DNA of 51,743 nucleotides, the filler included, from Jimgerdemannia flammicorona (taxonomy: Eukaryota): the NCBI GenBank assembly GCA_003990765.1. It is 2 parts of 2 records of this genome, joined end to end, with 100 filler letters (N's around TTAATTAATTAA, not from the genome) between each part and the next. Parts side by side here need not be neighbours in the genome. Positions count along the whole stretch, not along the records: positions 1 to 25,822 come from RBNJ01000784.1; 1 more part is not named here. The stretch is one strand, 5' to 3'. Both the position numbers and the translations under genes were made by a program. Shown here piece by piece: positions 11,995-23,209 of this stretch. The notes under the pieces are model-generated. The model was not told the DNA's origin, did no database searches, and was given only the letters and a program-made list of their open reading frames with translations. Position 1 is the stretch's first letter. Every line of letters begins with the position of its first letter.

Positions 11995-14572
11995 ATGGAG
12001 CTGATTTCAAAACCGATAGACGCGATATCGCTGGCACCCTCGTCGATACTTGGCGACATGGGGTTGGGCAACAATTTCAACGAGGAAGATGTGCTACCGT
12101 TCCTGCTACAAGCGCAGGACGTCATCGCAAAGTTCGAGTCGAGAGTCGTGGAGCTGGAGAAGGATTTGTCGGTGCGTAAATAACGCCTGGTGGGCGTGGT
12201 ATTTGGTGATCGGAATAGAGGTGTGAGAAAAGAGGAAGAGAGGGGGGCAGAGAAGGAGGGGAACCGTATAAACATAACAAGAGGTACCGGCAGCGAGTTC
12301 GGATGCCGCTTTGTTTGCTTTACTGTCAAATTTCTCACAAATTTGTTTATTCTTTTTCATTTTCTCCATCACCCCCACGCTTTGTCCCCCTCATTCCTTT
12401 GTTTGGCCACGAATTATTCCGAATCCACAGACGATCAGCCGAGCATACGAGCACGACCGCAACGAGTGGCTGACAGGGCTGTCACAAAAGGACTTTTACA
12501 TCCACCACCTGTCGAAAAAGCTCCAGCGACTCGAGTTCAGCAACAAGGAGGCCATCGTGGTGCTCTCGGATATCCAACCGCGGCCCAACATGTTCAGCGA
12601 GGCCCGATCGACCGTCTTTGACGAGTACGAGACCAAAATCGCCGGCAAGATCAACCTGGCGCTAGACTACCTAAAGAATGCGCAGAACACGGCACCGCCC
12701 AACGATGACATCGCCGTCATCGATCACGAGGACGAGGAGTATGAGGAGGGCGAGCTGGAGCGGCGACAGGCGGCGACGAACACATGGCGCAGACGTGAGT
12801 CCGTCATCAGCGTGGCGGACTCCATGCTGAGTCACAAGATCATGATGGGCTTGGTTAAGCAGCGTGCTGAGTCCATCCACTTCCGTGACGACGTCACCGA
12901 CCTTGACTTTGACCTCGACGACACGGAGCTCGATGTTGATGATCTCGGCTACCGCGAGAGCATCGACGAGTCCTCTAGCTCCCGCCAGACCGACGTCGAC
13001 TCCCTCCGCATTGACACCCGCACCGCACTTTCCACCATCACCGCCGCCTCTTCCGCCTCCCCCATCGAGGACGAGAACCATCACCACCACCACCACCACC
13101 ACCACCACGACGACGACTACTTTACGACCCACACACAGCCCGCTCCCTCCTCCGTCGCGAATGGCAGTCCAGCCATGGTCATGAAGCCCCCGGGCACGGC
13201 ATTCTGTCCCAACTGCCGCCAACTCCTGTCCCAGCTGGACCAGCAGATTGAGCAGAAGGCCTACCTCAAACGTGACATGTCCTCGCTCGCCGCAAACCTC
13301 GCGGAGGAGCAGGAGTTGCGCGTCAATATCGAGCACGCCAAGGAGCTTCTCGAGACCGATGTCGACGAGCTCGTCTCCGCAATGTTCGATCTTGTCAATC
13401 GTACCATCATGGACGAGGCTGAAGCATCCGCTAGCGGCGTCGCCGGCAACCGCGACGTCCGCGAGGGCCGCCTGCACGACATGAAGACCATCCTCGTTGA
13501 GCTCGACTCCGCAAAGCGTCGCGCCACGAATGTATCAAGCCTCAACGTGCAGAGCGGCAACGGCTCGAACGCCAGCATCAGAAACGGCTCCGTCACAGCC
13601 GGAAGTATCTTCAGCTTTGGCGCGTCCAAGCGACTCAGCTTCGGCGGCATCGCAGGAATACCCGCAACTCCACAGCGGCTTAGCAGCTGCTCTTCCGTCC
13701 GTACGTCCATCTCAGGTGGAGGTTCGTCCCACCCAGAAGACTTTTGGGGCACCCCGCAGCGACACGTGTACGTGGACGGGCTCGGCTTTGCAGAATTCCA
13801 GGAGCACATCAAGACCGTCCTGGGTCACAGTTCGACCGTCACCGCGTACATGAAGCGCGTTCTCGTCGAGGACGTTGAGCCCACCTTGTTCCAGACCGGA
13901 ACGCAAACGTGGTGGAAGAGCCCCTGGTTCAAGCGGAAGCTCATCGACGCCATCGCGAGAAACTGCTGCGAGATCCAGACTTACCGCACTTCGACCTCAA
14001 CCCCATCCCCATCTAGCTCCCGCCCGGCAACTCCAACAACCCCAACAGTACCGACCTCCCCTGTTCCGGCCCCTAAAACAAAATGCGCCTCATGCGGCTC
14101 TCTCCGCCTGTGCGAATACCGCATGCGCATCACATCACCTGACCCACGAAACCCAACCGCCGATCCGCTCACCCTCGCCGGCGCCGCTGCAGGCCGCGCA
14201 CCATGGCTACCAATTGACCGCTTCTGTCGTGACCGCCTCGTGGCTGTGTGCGACTTCTACACGTTCCTCTCCCACCTTCGACAGGGCTTACTGTCCCATT
14301 CTCCCGTCCTGGCCCTCTACAAGCAGAGCCTGTATTACCGCCGCAAAATGGGCCTGTCCCGCGTAGGGTCCATGGGACTGTTTGGCGAGGACGCCGATAA
14401 GGGCTGGGATCATACCGGTGGACAGCAGCAGGTGGGGCCGAAGAGGGGATCGTTGGTGATGACGAATGGGGCCAACAGCGGAACTGGCGAGTCTGCGCCA
14501 GCGAGTTTGGTCAATGTTGGAGTTGGGGGGAATGGGTGGGAGACGAGCGGGACCATCGTTATTGTGCATTAA
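11995..14572 (+). CDS. Sec2/Rabin8-like Rab GEF family protein, about 772 aa, 2 exons
   Basis: Exon 11995-12171, phase-0 intron 12172-12430 (GTGCGT...CACAG), exon 12431-14572. Coiled coil with a Sec2-like segment LETDVDELVSAMFDLVNRTI. Sec2/Rabin8-type C-terminus: YMKRVLVEDVEPTL...KCASCGSLRLCEYRMRI...PIDRFCRDRLVAVCDFYTFLSHLRQGL. His10 tract at 13079-13108. Confidence 0.8.
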
Positions 14573-16013
14573 GGCGCATGAAGTGTAATGATGTTTATTG
14601 TTGACCGCAGAAGAGATACATGTACATCCTTGTCGGGCGAAGTCCGCGCTCGCTCGCTCGCGCTCTTCGTGTTTCATAGAGAACATTTTGGGACACTTTA
14701 TTGTTGTTTGTTTTGCTTTGTCCCCTCCCTCCCCCCCTCCCTCCCCCCCTCCCTCCCTCTCTCCCTCCCTCCCTCTCTTCCTCCCTCTCCCGCTCTCTCT
14801 TTTCTCTTTACTTACATATATATTATAATACTCCTCCGCGTTTGGGGGTGGTATGATACCCATCCTCCTCCTCCTTACCCCCACCCCTTCTTGTAGTCTT
14901 TTGCCCTCGCGCGAGCGATCCCTTTCTCTGTTTTCGTCCTCTCTTCGACTGTACACTGTCTATCAAACCTGTCGCATAGTGATTTTCGTTTGCTTTTTCT
15001 GCCTTGCTTGCTTTTCGTGTACTTCGTCCCCCACCTCTCCCTCTCCCTTCTTTCTTTGTAAATTAGCACCACACTCGGGGGGACTGGTCTTCGTGCTCGA
15101 CCCGTCACTCTGAGGGGAAAGATTGCGCTTGGGACTCGCTCGCTCTGCTGTTACCCATCTCTATACTACATATACCTGGCTGGCCCTTGAGCTCGTTTGG
15201 TCTTGTGGGGCTGGGAGATTGTGTACCGCGCCTCGTGGAGAAGATGCGTTGATGAACAATGCTGGATGCTGATTGACGTGACAACGGTTTCTGAGCTTAT
15301 TTGTTGGCTGTGTCGCTCGTTCGTAACCTGACATTATTATTTGTACGCTTTTCTCTTTGACTCTCTATTTTCGAGCTTGTTTTCTCTGTTATTTTGGTTT
15401 TTTTTTCGGGCGCCGACCCTCTGTATGTATGTACCTTGGGATGTAAATCTGCTGGGCCGTTGTTGTGAACATTACTTTTCTTTTTTTCTTTTTTGGTTGT
15501 ATTTTCTTTCTTCTCCTTTCAGTGACTAATAATACATATACTCGTCGCCAAACCATTTTTAACTTTGGAAAAAAAAAAAAAAAATCTTGTGGCTTGCAAA
15601 GCCTCATATCACCTCGGAGATCAATGCAGTTCCGCTCAACGAATCGGCTCGGTCTTGGGGTCATTTTTGCCTTGTCCTCGGCCTTAAATTTTGAGGCTCC
15701 TGAAACTCTTATTGACGCTTTCCCAGGATCCAGAATCAGGAAATATTCGGCACATCTCGGGTGTGGATGGATTAAGCATTGGCATAATTCGGTGCGACCA
15801 CCACGTGAAAGGGGACTTGATGGCGTTGATTGTCGTGTGGGTTACGGAGGTCATGGGTCGATTATGAAACCATTAATGAGAAATGTGTCGTTACGTACAT
15901 TATTTCCATATCAGTCTGTCCCCGCATTCTTCCCCACCTCACGCGACCTCCTTACAAGGCGCAGCCCCTGAAAAACTTAAACCAACCTCCTCACACAAGA
16001 CTTTGACAAAACA

Positions 16014-17581
16014 ATGGTCGCCCCGCCACAATCCGCACCCCCTTCCGATAACGACCTCGTCCCCTCGGGCGTCCTGCTCCGCTGGTCCACCCCCGCCGAC
16101 GGCGTCCACCTCGCCTCCTTGTGCGAGGCCGTCTTCTGCGAGAACGAGCCCAGGTTCGTCGGCTCCAAACGCGCCCAGGTCGCGAGGTTGATGCATGGCG
16201 ACCATCCCATGATGGCCCCTGGCGACGTTGCTATCGCTGTCGATGAAAGGTTGAGGGAGAGAGGGGAGAACCCTGTCGTCTCGTGTGTCTGTCTCGTTAC
16301 CCAGGATGTTATGTATGATGGCGTCGAGTTTAAACTGGGGAGGCCGGAAAATGTCGCGACGCGGAGGGAATATAGGAGGAGGGGGTTGGTCAGGAGATTG
16401 ATGGATATCGTGCATGCTAGGTGTGAGGCGGAGGGGATTCTGGTATTGGTGAGAGATCCCCCCCCCCCCTTTTTTTGTTATTGTTGTCGTTGTAATGTTG
16501 TAATTTTTGGAGAAAGGTTTGGGTTGTGTGTTGCGTTCCAAGTTTCGTCATAACACTTTATCAAGCAATCCATCACTGATCATTCAGTCCATCATAGGCC
16601 ATCGCGGGTATCCACCACTTCTACCGCCAATTCGGCTACGAATACGCGCTCTCCCTCGGCGGCCAACGCACGACCCTCATCTCCATGCTTCCACCCCTTA
16701 AACCCAACACCCTTGAACCCTACACCCTCCGCTCCGCGACCGCGACCGACACCCCGCTTATCCGCCAGCTCATTGAAGACTCCGAATCCAAGCACATGGT
16801 CCGCACACTTATCTCTACTTCCACCTGGCTCTACTATCTGCAACAACCCCCTTCGAAACCCAAAAACCTGTGGGACATCCACGTCGTCATTGACACCGCT
16901 ACACTCAAACCGTGCGGTGCACTCGCCATCTGGTCCCCGCGGTGGTACGACGCCATCGATGTCAAGTTCATCGAACTCCTCCGCAACGTCCCGCTCCAGA
17001 TCGCACTCCCCTCAATCGCCCGCCAGATCCTCCAACTCTCAACACCACAAACAGCGGTCCCACCAGATCCGCTCACGCAAATCATATGGTCCCTCGGCCC
17101 AACTCACCGCGTCTACGATGTACTCAATCGACCAGGCACATACCCGCTCGCCGCCGTCGCAACGCCCCCGTACGCGTGGTACGTTCGCATCCCGAGCCTC
17201 GCCCGGTTTCTCATGCACGTCGCCCCCGCACTTGAGCGGCGCCTCGCCGCTTCGGACTGCCACCGCAATTACACCGGCGAGCTCCGCGTGCACTTCTACG
17301 CCGCGCCGGGGTTCCGGCTCGAGTTTGGGGCTGGGAGGGTCGTGCGCGCCGACGAGTTCCGCGTCAATTACACCGACGCAAAGTCTCCCGTTGAGGCGGC
17401 CAACGTTGCGGATGCGAGGTTTCCACCGATGGTGTTTTGGAAATGCGTGCTCGGGTATCGGAGCGTTGAGGAGGTGTTGCATATGTATCCGGATGCGGGT
17501 ATCATGAGGGTTGAGGCGATAGGGCTGCTGGAGACGTTGTTCCCCAAGAGAGAGTCGTGTTTGCGGGGGTTGTATATGTGA
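16014..17581 (+). CDS. Eis-like GNAT N-acetyltransferase, about 472 aa, 2 exons
   Basis: Exon 16014-16448, phase-0 intron 16449-16597, exon 16598-17581. Acetyl-CoA motif A GRPENVATRREYRRRGLVRRLM, then AIAGIHHFYRQFGYEYAL. C-terminal YAWYVRIPSLARFL...FPPMVFWKCVLGYRS...LLETLFPK resembles the end of Eis-type enzymes. Confidence 0.85.
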
Positions 17582-18323
17582 TGGGAATGGGCAGACACGG
17601 GGGGTCAGGTGCTAGGCAAGAAAAAAAAATCGATGGATTTGGGTTGAACTTGTACATAGCCATTTTTTTTTTTTTTTTTTTTGGGAAAATAAAACATAAA
17701 CATAAAAATGGATTGGGTGCTGGTTTACATAAAGCCGGCCACAGCGTTTGACAGTATTTGTGGAGAATCCACGCCTCTGCCCGTCAACACCGATGACACT
17801 AGTGGCATGCGATATTAAAAGCAAAACGGAACGCGCGACCTTGACATCGTTTTCCGCGCCCGAAAACATCGCGCACATTGCTTGTACACGGGCGTTATTG
17901 ATTTGTTGGGTGAGGGGCGTTTGGTGTCGCGAACGCGAGCAAGGCTGGTTAGAGCTTTTTGGTTGGGCGCTTTTTGCTTGGCCGTGTTTTGGGTTCAAGG
18001 CTCAACTGTCTCGCTATTGTGAGGTTCTGGGGCCCGTTCGCACGGGCAAAGTCTTGGGTTTGAGACCGTTTGTATTGTACGAAGTGAGGTGAACTCCCCA
18101 AAAGAGGTTTGTAATGTGTGTCATTTTATTGGATTTTTATTGACATTCATGCTCGCAATTCCTTTTTCATATTCCGTTTCGGTCAAGGGTATCTATGTTC
18201 TCGCCGGTCGCCCTTTTCAAGTACCCTAGTCCTGACAGATGCCGAAACGAATAACACGCGGGTGAATGGCAAGCGCGTCACTCGTGTAAAAGGAAGGTTC
18301 GGTATGGCCATGTGGGGTATATA

Positions 18324-18704
18324 TCATACCTTGTAGGCTTTGTTGTAATCGTGCTTGTAGCCGTATTTGTAGTCATGCGGATAATAGTCGTAGTCGTACT
18401 TGTAGTTGTGCGGGTAATAGTCGTCGCCGTGCTTGTAGTTGTAGGGGCAATAGTCGTAGTCGTACTTGTAGCTGTACTTGTAGCCGTACTTGTGCGGGTA
18501 ATAGTCATAGCCGTACTTGTAGCCGTACTTGTGCGGGTAATAATCATAGTCGTACTTGTAGCCGTACTTGTGCGTGTAATAGTTATGGTCGTACTTGTAG
18601 TCGTGCGGATAATAGTCATCGCCTTTGCGCTTGACGAGGGGGTTGGCCAAAGCGCCCTGAAGGGCGAGGGCCGTGGCTAGGATGGAGGTGATGAGCTTGG
18701 CCAT
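18324..18704 (-). CDS. Secreted Tyr/Asp/Lys/His-rich tandem-repeat protein (126 aa precursor)
   Basis: ATG at 18704 after an A-run. Signal peptide MAKLITSILATALALQGALA, propeptide NPLVKR, then 100 aa of (D)YYPHxYxYK-type repeats. A possible terminal intron 18329-18232 (GTATGA...CAG) would only change the last residue V to D (stop at 18226-18228). Confidence 0.85.
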   Translation of the reverse strand: MAKLITSILATALALQGALANPLVKRKGDDYYPHDYKYDHNYYTHKYGYKYDYDYYPHKYGYKYGYDYYPHKYGYKYSYKYDYDYCPYNYKHGDDYYPHNYKYDYDYYPHDYKYGYKHDYNKAYKV

Positions 18705-18799
18705 TTTTTTTTTTTTTTCTAGATGTCGAGGGTGTTGTAAGGTATAATTTGATGGATATGTGTGTGCTTGATGAGGGTTGAGAGTTAGTGAAGGCGGGC

Positions 18800-18807
18800 T
18801 TTTTATA
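18800..18807 (-). promoter_or_regulatory. TATA box of the Tyr-rich gene
   Basis: TATAAAAA on the minus strand about 100 nt upstream of the ATG at 18704. Confidence 0.55.
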
Positions 18808-19421
18808 CGTTTAGACTTTTGGCAGTCAACTTGACTTGCACGAGAATTGTTCTTTAAGGGCTTGCATGATGCCGTTGTGGTATATACATATGATGTCGGC
18901 GTATATGCATTGCCCATGCACCTTGCAGGATTACTTAACCGTTGCCATGCAGAAAGGAGAGCGACGCAAGCGTATCAGACGTATAAACTTTGAGCAAAAG
19001 TTTCAACACTTTAAATTATTTTCGATCCGCCACCGGAGTCAAGAATTCAACGTGTGTATGCAAGCGCTGAAGACACTTTAGAACTGAAAATACTTGGAAC
19101 TGACATCTTGTCAATGACTCTTGTCAGTAGGATAATTTTTCTTTTGTCGTAACATCCATCTGCTATAGAAGGATCAGACCTTTTAACAAACGCGTTGTTA
19201 TGTAACAAGGTTGTTGGCCCAACGCGCGTCGTCACTTCCCTTCCTTCAAGAGGATGGGGGTTCGTATTGCGACCGGGCAGTCATCACGATTTCTTGAATA
19301 GCAAGAAGGATCAAAGATCACAAGATCTTCAAGGGCCACAAAGGTCGTTGCGAGGGAAGGGGAAAATGAGTTATGGGAGGGAGTGACTGACGACTGATTA
19401 TTTGAAATAGACAGTCCCATC

Positions 19422-19483
19422 CCGTGACATAGGGACAGATGTAAACAGCCAGCCGTGACATAGGGACAGATGTAAACAGCCAG
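19422..19483 (+). repeat. Perfect 31-bp tandem duplication in a promoter/5'UTR
   Basis: ccgtgacatagggacagatgtaaacagccag twice, ending 40 nt before the ATG at 19524. Confidence 0.95.
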
Positions 19484-19523
19484 GCAGCAGCCACCGAATT
19501 AGAACCAAGAACACCTTGCAGCC

Positions 19524-20276
19524 ATGGCACAATCCAAACGCACAACATATCGGTCCAACAACTTCCGTCCACACCCTTACTCCTTCTCTCAACAACAGCA
19601 GCCTGAATACCCTTATCCACACTCCTACTATTCACTGGAGCAACAAGCACCCAAACCCGTTCCCCCCGCTGCCCCATCCTCCGACGACAATGTCGTCGTC
19701 TTCTTCACCTGCAAATGGGACAACTGCAACGCCCTCTTTCGTATGTTCCAAGACCTGAAAAACCACGTCATAGACCACCTCGAGCTGGTCAACTTGCACG
19801 CGAAAGGGAGCTTCCCGTCCGACGATTCCTCCCTAGACACAGGGCGGCCTAAACAGCCCATCAACGAATCGCCGCCGCCGCCGTCGTCGTCATCGTCGTC
19901 GCCGGCGCCAGTTAGGCTGGTATATCAAGAAAGTGATGAGCCATGCAGCGTCTGCGCGTCGGAATTTGGTGTCCCGGTTGGTATTTCTACTATCTTATCC
20001 GGTTTCGGGTGGGCGGTTCGGTACGATTCTCATCTTTGCCACACCCACAGGATAACGCGATAGTCACATGCGACAGCTGCGGAATGGTATATCATCAGGT
20101 TCGTCCCTCCAATCCGTCCTCCTTCTGTGCGGTCGCATCCGTTTTACTTGAATCCAACGCCTCCCCTTCCCTCAAAAAATGATATTCAACAGAAATGCCA
20201 CTGCCCGCCCATCTCCGCTCGAGACAGCGAGATGGTGTGGCTCTGCGCCGAATGCAACGCCGCCGTCGCGAGCTGA
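19524..20276 (+). CDS. Small C2H2 zinc finger + PHD finger protein (about 194 aa, 3 exons)
   Basis: Exons 19524-19976, 20051-20098, 20193-20276 with phase-0 GT-AG introns. C2H2: FTCKWDNCNALFRMFQDLKNHVIDH. Complete C4HC3 PHD: CSVC...|DNAIVTCDSCGMVYHQ|KCHCPPI...WLCAEC. Confidence 0.88.
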
Positions 20277-21808
20277 GAATAGCGTCTCGTTCTGTTTGTA
20301 GAGTGGGGTGGGTGGGGTTGGAAAGGGATCAGTGAGACGGAAGCGCGAAGGGCGATTGGGAAATGCGTGTGGCCGCTGAGATATGAGGGTATGGCGGTTG
20401 GATGCGAGGTGTTTGGGATACAGGCAACGGGAACGATTCTATATTTTGAAGATTGACGCATCTGGTGTCGTTCGTCCTTTGTTTGTTGCCGAAATACATT
20501 ATACTTGTATATACTTATATGCCTTCTACATTAATTTGTATTGTAAAAGACCTTTTTGCTCTTTTTCTACAATCTCCATATCTAAAACAGATCCCAAACT
20601 GCCAGATGTCATTGAATTCAGTTATTGCGGCGACGGGTCGAGACGGTCGTTGGGTTCGTATAGGATCATATACCCCTAGATGCCATCCAGGAACGGAGCC
20701 AGTCTAAATCGGTTTCTATCATCCATCTCGGCCCTGACATCCATCTTGCATAATCCATCACGGGTTTCTGGATAAATCACGTGCATCAACATTAATAAAC
20801 GATAGATCAAACACTCGAACAAGAAAGCCCATGAAGCATCATTGTTAAGGCAGAGCCTCGAAAAAGCAACGAGGAGGTGGGAGCTTACAAATAGTCGCGC
20901 TCGTCTTATTGGAATGCCAACTGCGCTCATAAACACTGCGGAAGAACCCTCTCTATCTACTATCCCAAGAATGGACACCGAGGAGGGATTGATTCCAATA
21001 GTGTAGAGTGAAGATGTCTGGTACCACGAATATGTATATATGTATGTATACATGTATCAGCAAATCTACCACAAATATATAATCATGTGTGTATATATAT
21101 GTATCAGTAAATCTAAGGTCAATGTATCCGAGACAGAAAATGGAATGGATGAGCCGGTTCCATCTTTGCGAAATGGTGTCGCTTTTTGCTATCCCTTCAT
21201 TTTTTTTTTTTTTTTGGCAAGTCCAGCCTGAGAAATGACCGATCGATGGAACCGCGTTTGCGTGTTTGGTTTGATCAATGGCGAAGAAGGATGCTCGATG
21301 TGCCAGTGGCGAGCTCTCCAATGATAATAAGAGTAGTAGAATCCAGCCGTTTGTCGGAGCGGTTATAGCGTGCCCGAGTTTCCCAACGTCCGTCTTGAGA
21401 TGACGGTTGCTTTTTTTTTTAATGAAATGTAAAATAAATGACATATGACCAGGTAACGGAGGAAAATGGAATTGCGAGAGAATTGTTCGCTTTGTGGGTA
21501 TCGTCCGAAAAAACGCAAATAATGGAGAAGGTCATTGAGCGAAATGATACGAGTAGGGCTTTGGAAATGTGCACTGTATCATGTCGTTTTTCTTGGCTGA
21601 TTAGAGGGTACTACTAATACTTGATATACTTTAATGAGATATGCATTGGTTTTCGCATCGCTTTATCACACGGTGTCGATGTAACTCTTCTATTCAACAT
21701 GACAAGAACGAGTATAAAAGAACAAAACTGTCTCAGCTACCACGAATACTACGTGTCCTATCAAGCCAATATGGATCCACAACAAACCTCACCCTTACTC
21801 AACCAGCC

Positions 21809-21937
21809 ATGAAATTTGCCGCTTTTCTCACCCTTGCCCCCGTCGTCGTCGCGTCCTCCGTCATCGAGTTCTCCATCGCCGAGTCCAACTGCTGTTTATG
21901 TGCACTTCAGGGGGTCGGACCGGCTCCAGGTAGGTAG
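21809..21937 (+). CDS. Candidate small secreted Cys-containing protein (first exon or relic)
   Basis: GCCATG start, signal-like MKFAAFLTLAPVVVASSV, then NCCLC. TATAAAA at 21713-21719. Possible donor GTAGGT at about 21930; no downstream exon identified. Confidence 0.3.
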   Translation: MKFAAFLTLAPVVVASSVIEFSIAESNCCLCALQGVGPAPGR

Positions 21938-22127
21938 ATGGATCCCGTCACTGGCGCCCCATTCATGTGCTAAATGGTCATTCTCTACCGGTTAAAACAA
22001 GTGGGTCAAGGTTCAGGAATCGCACTATTTGACCCGTCGCTTTTTCTGTCCAATGTAACCACAAACACCTTATCCGTTTTCGTCTCGTGGCACTGCCCTT
22101 TAATGCTGTTGGATCCATTAGGCATTT

Positions 22128-22159
<32 letters not shown>

Positions 22160-22661
22160 CGGGGGTTTTTTTTTTTTTTTTTTTGTTTTTTTTTTCGGGA
22201 GAGTTCTTGATACGTCTGTGATTGAAGAACCCTTGCAATGGCGTTTTGTCAAACTTCACCTGCGCCATACGTGCATGGGCCTGTGATTCCTGTTTCAACT
22301 TGAGGGGAGGAAGCTGGAAAACCAAAATCTAAATGTCGCACATATGGTCCACAATACACGTTACTAGTCAGCTTTTAAGGGTTATATCTTTTTGCACACG
22401 CACTCTCCATTCCCCTCGAAAACAAGAATGACAATGGGTTTCCCCTTGCTGCATGCTACGTGTTGGTAACCAGTCATCCACCGTTTTGACATTTGTTCAA
22501 GTCAATCAATAGTGGGACTACTCTATCAAGAGAATTCTCTGTATAAACCTTACCAAATAGGTATATCCCTCGGAAACGCCAATTCCCTAGCTGAGGTTTC
22601 AAGAGCTGTCTGTCAACCTTCCGTTCACCGCACTCGCCTCAACTTGGATCCTCAAGGCACA

Positions 22662-22745
22662 CGACACCTCCGCCGTTGTCGCTGGTGGTAACGATAGTGA
22701 TCGACACCTCCGCCGTTATCGCCGGTAGTAACGATAGTGATCGAC
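22662..22745. repeat. 40-bp tandem duplication upstream of the ZIP gene
   Basis: cgacacctccgccgttgtcgctggtggtaacgatagtgat / cgacacctccgccgttatcgccggtagtaacgatagtgat (3 mismatches). Confidence 0.9.
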
Positions 22746-23209
22746 GCATGAGGAAACTTGTCGGTGGGAAAATTCTTACCCAGCCCACGGCTCCCAGTTA
22801 TACGGTGATGGTGCCGATCGTACAAATCTCGTCAGCGATCATTATGTCGTAGGAGAAAGTTCCTGGAAGATGATGCAAGTATACTCATGGCGTTGATGTT
22901 GCGCGATCGTCATAGAGTGTTTGTTTGTAGATTAATCAAGAGGTTCACTGGGAAGGTTCGATTAAATAAATACGGTTGGCGAATAGCGCTTGGGCGGTCG
23001 CTCTTGCCGGTCTCGATGAGGAAGGGGACCCTCACGGTTACGGGCACTGCCACACCTGAGTTTGCGGCATCATGGCCAGCCAATCAGGGCGACGGCAAAA
23101 TTTTTCTTGCTGACTGTGAGGGTACACGCAACCCCCACAAAAGGCTCCTAAAATAGACTCCCCACTGCCCAACTACCACCACACCCTCTTTCTTTTCTGC
23201 TCTTCAACC

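Noticed and set aside
12671..13812. Long minus-strand ORFs over the Sec2-like gene, and 6006-6812 on the plus strand over MYSM1
   Set aside because: Antisense ORFs expected from GC-rich codon usage; no independent motifs.
14720..14800. (CCCT)n tract with G4/triplex potential downstream of the Sec2-like gene
   Set aside because: Ordinary low-complexity UTR sequence with no further support.
18278..18680. Thr/Ile-rich and Val-rich ORFs overlapping the Tyr-rich gene
   Set aside because: Alternative-frame and antisense shadows of the repeat; only the Tyr frame has a signal peptide, KR site and TATA box.
18920..22012. CAAGGT (ZafA/Zap1-like) hexamers at 18920, 19206, 19513 and 22007 between the peptide and ZIP genes
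   Set aside because: Four hits of a 6-mer on two strands in about 4.5 kb is near chance, and there is no full ACCTTNAAGGT palindrome.
10046..22745. 31-40-bp direct repeats as CRISPR arrays
   Set aside because: Two adjacent copies each, no spacers, eukaryotic context and no cas genes.
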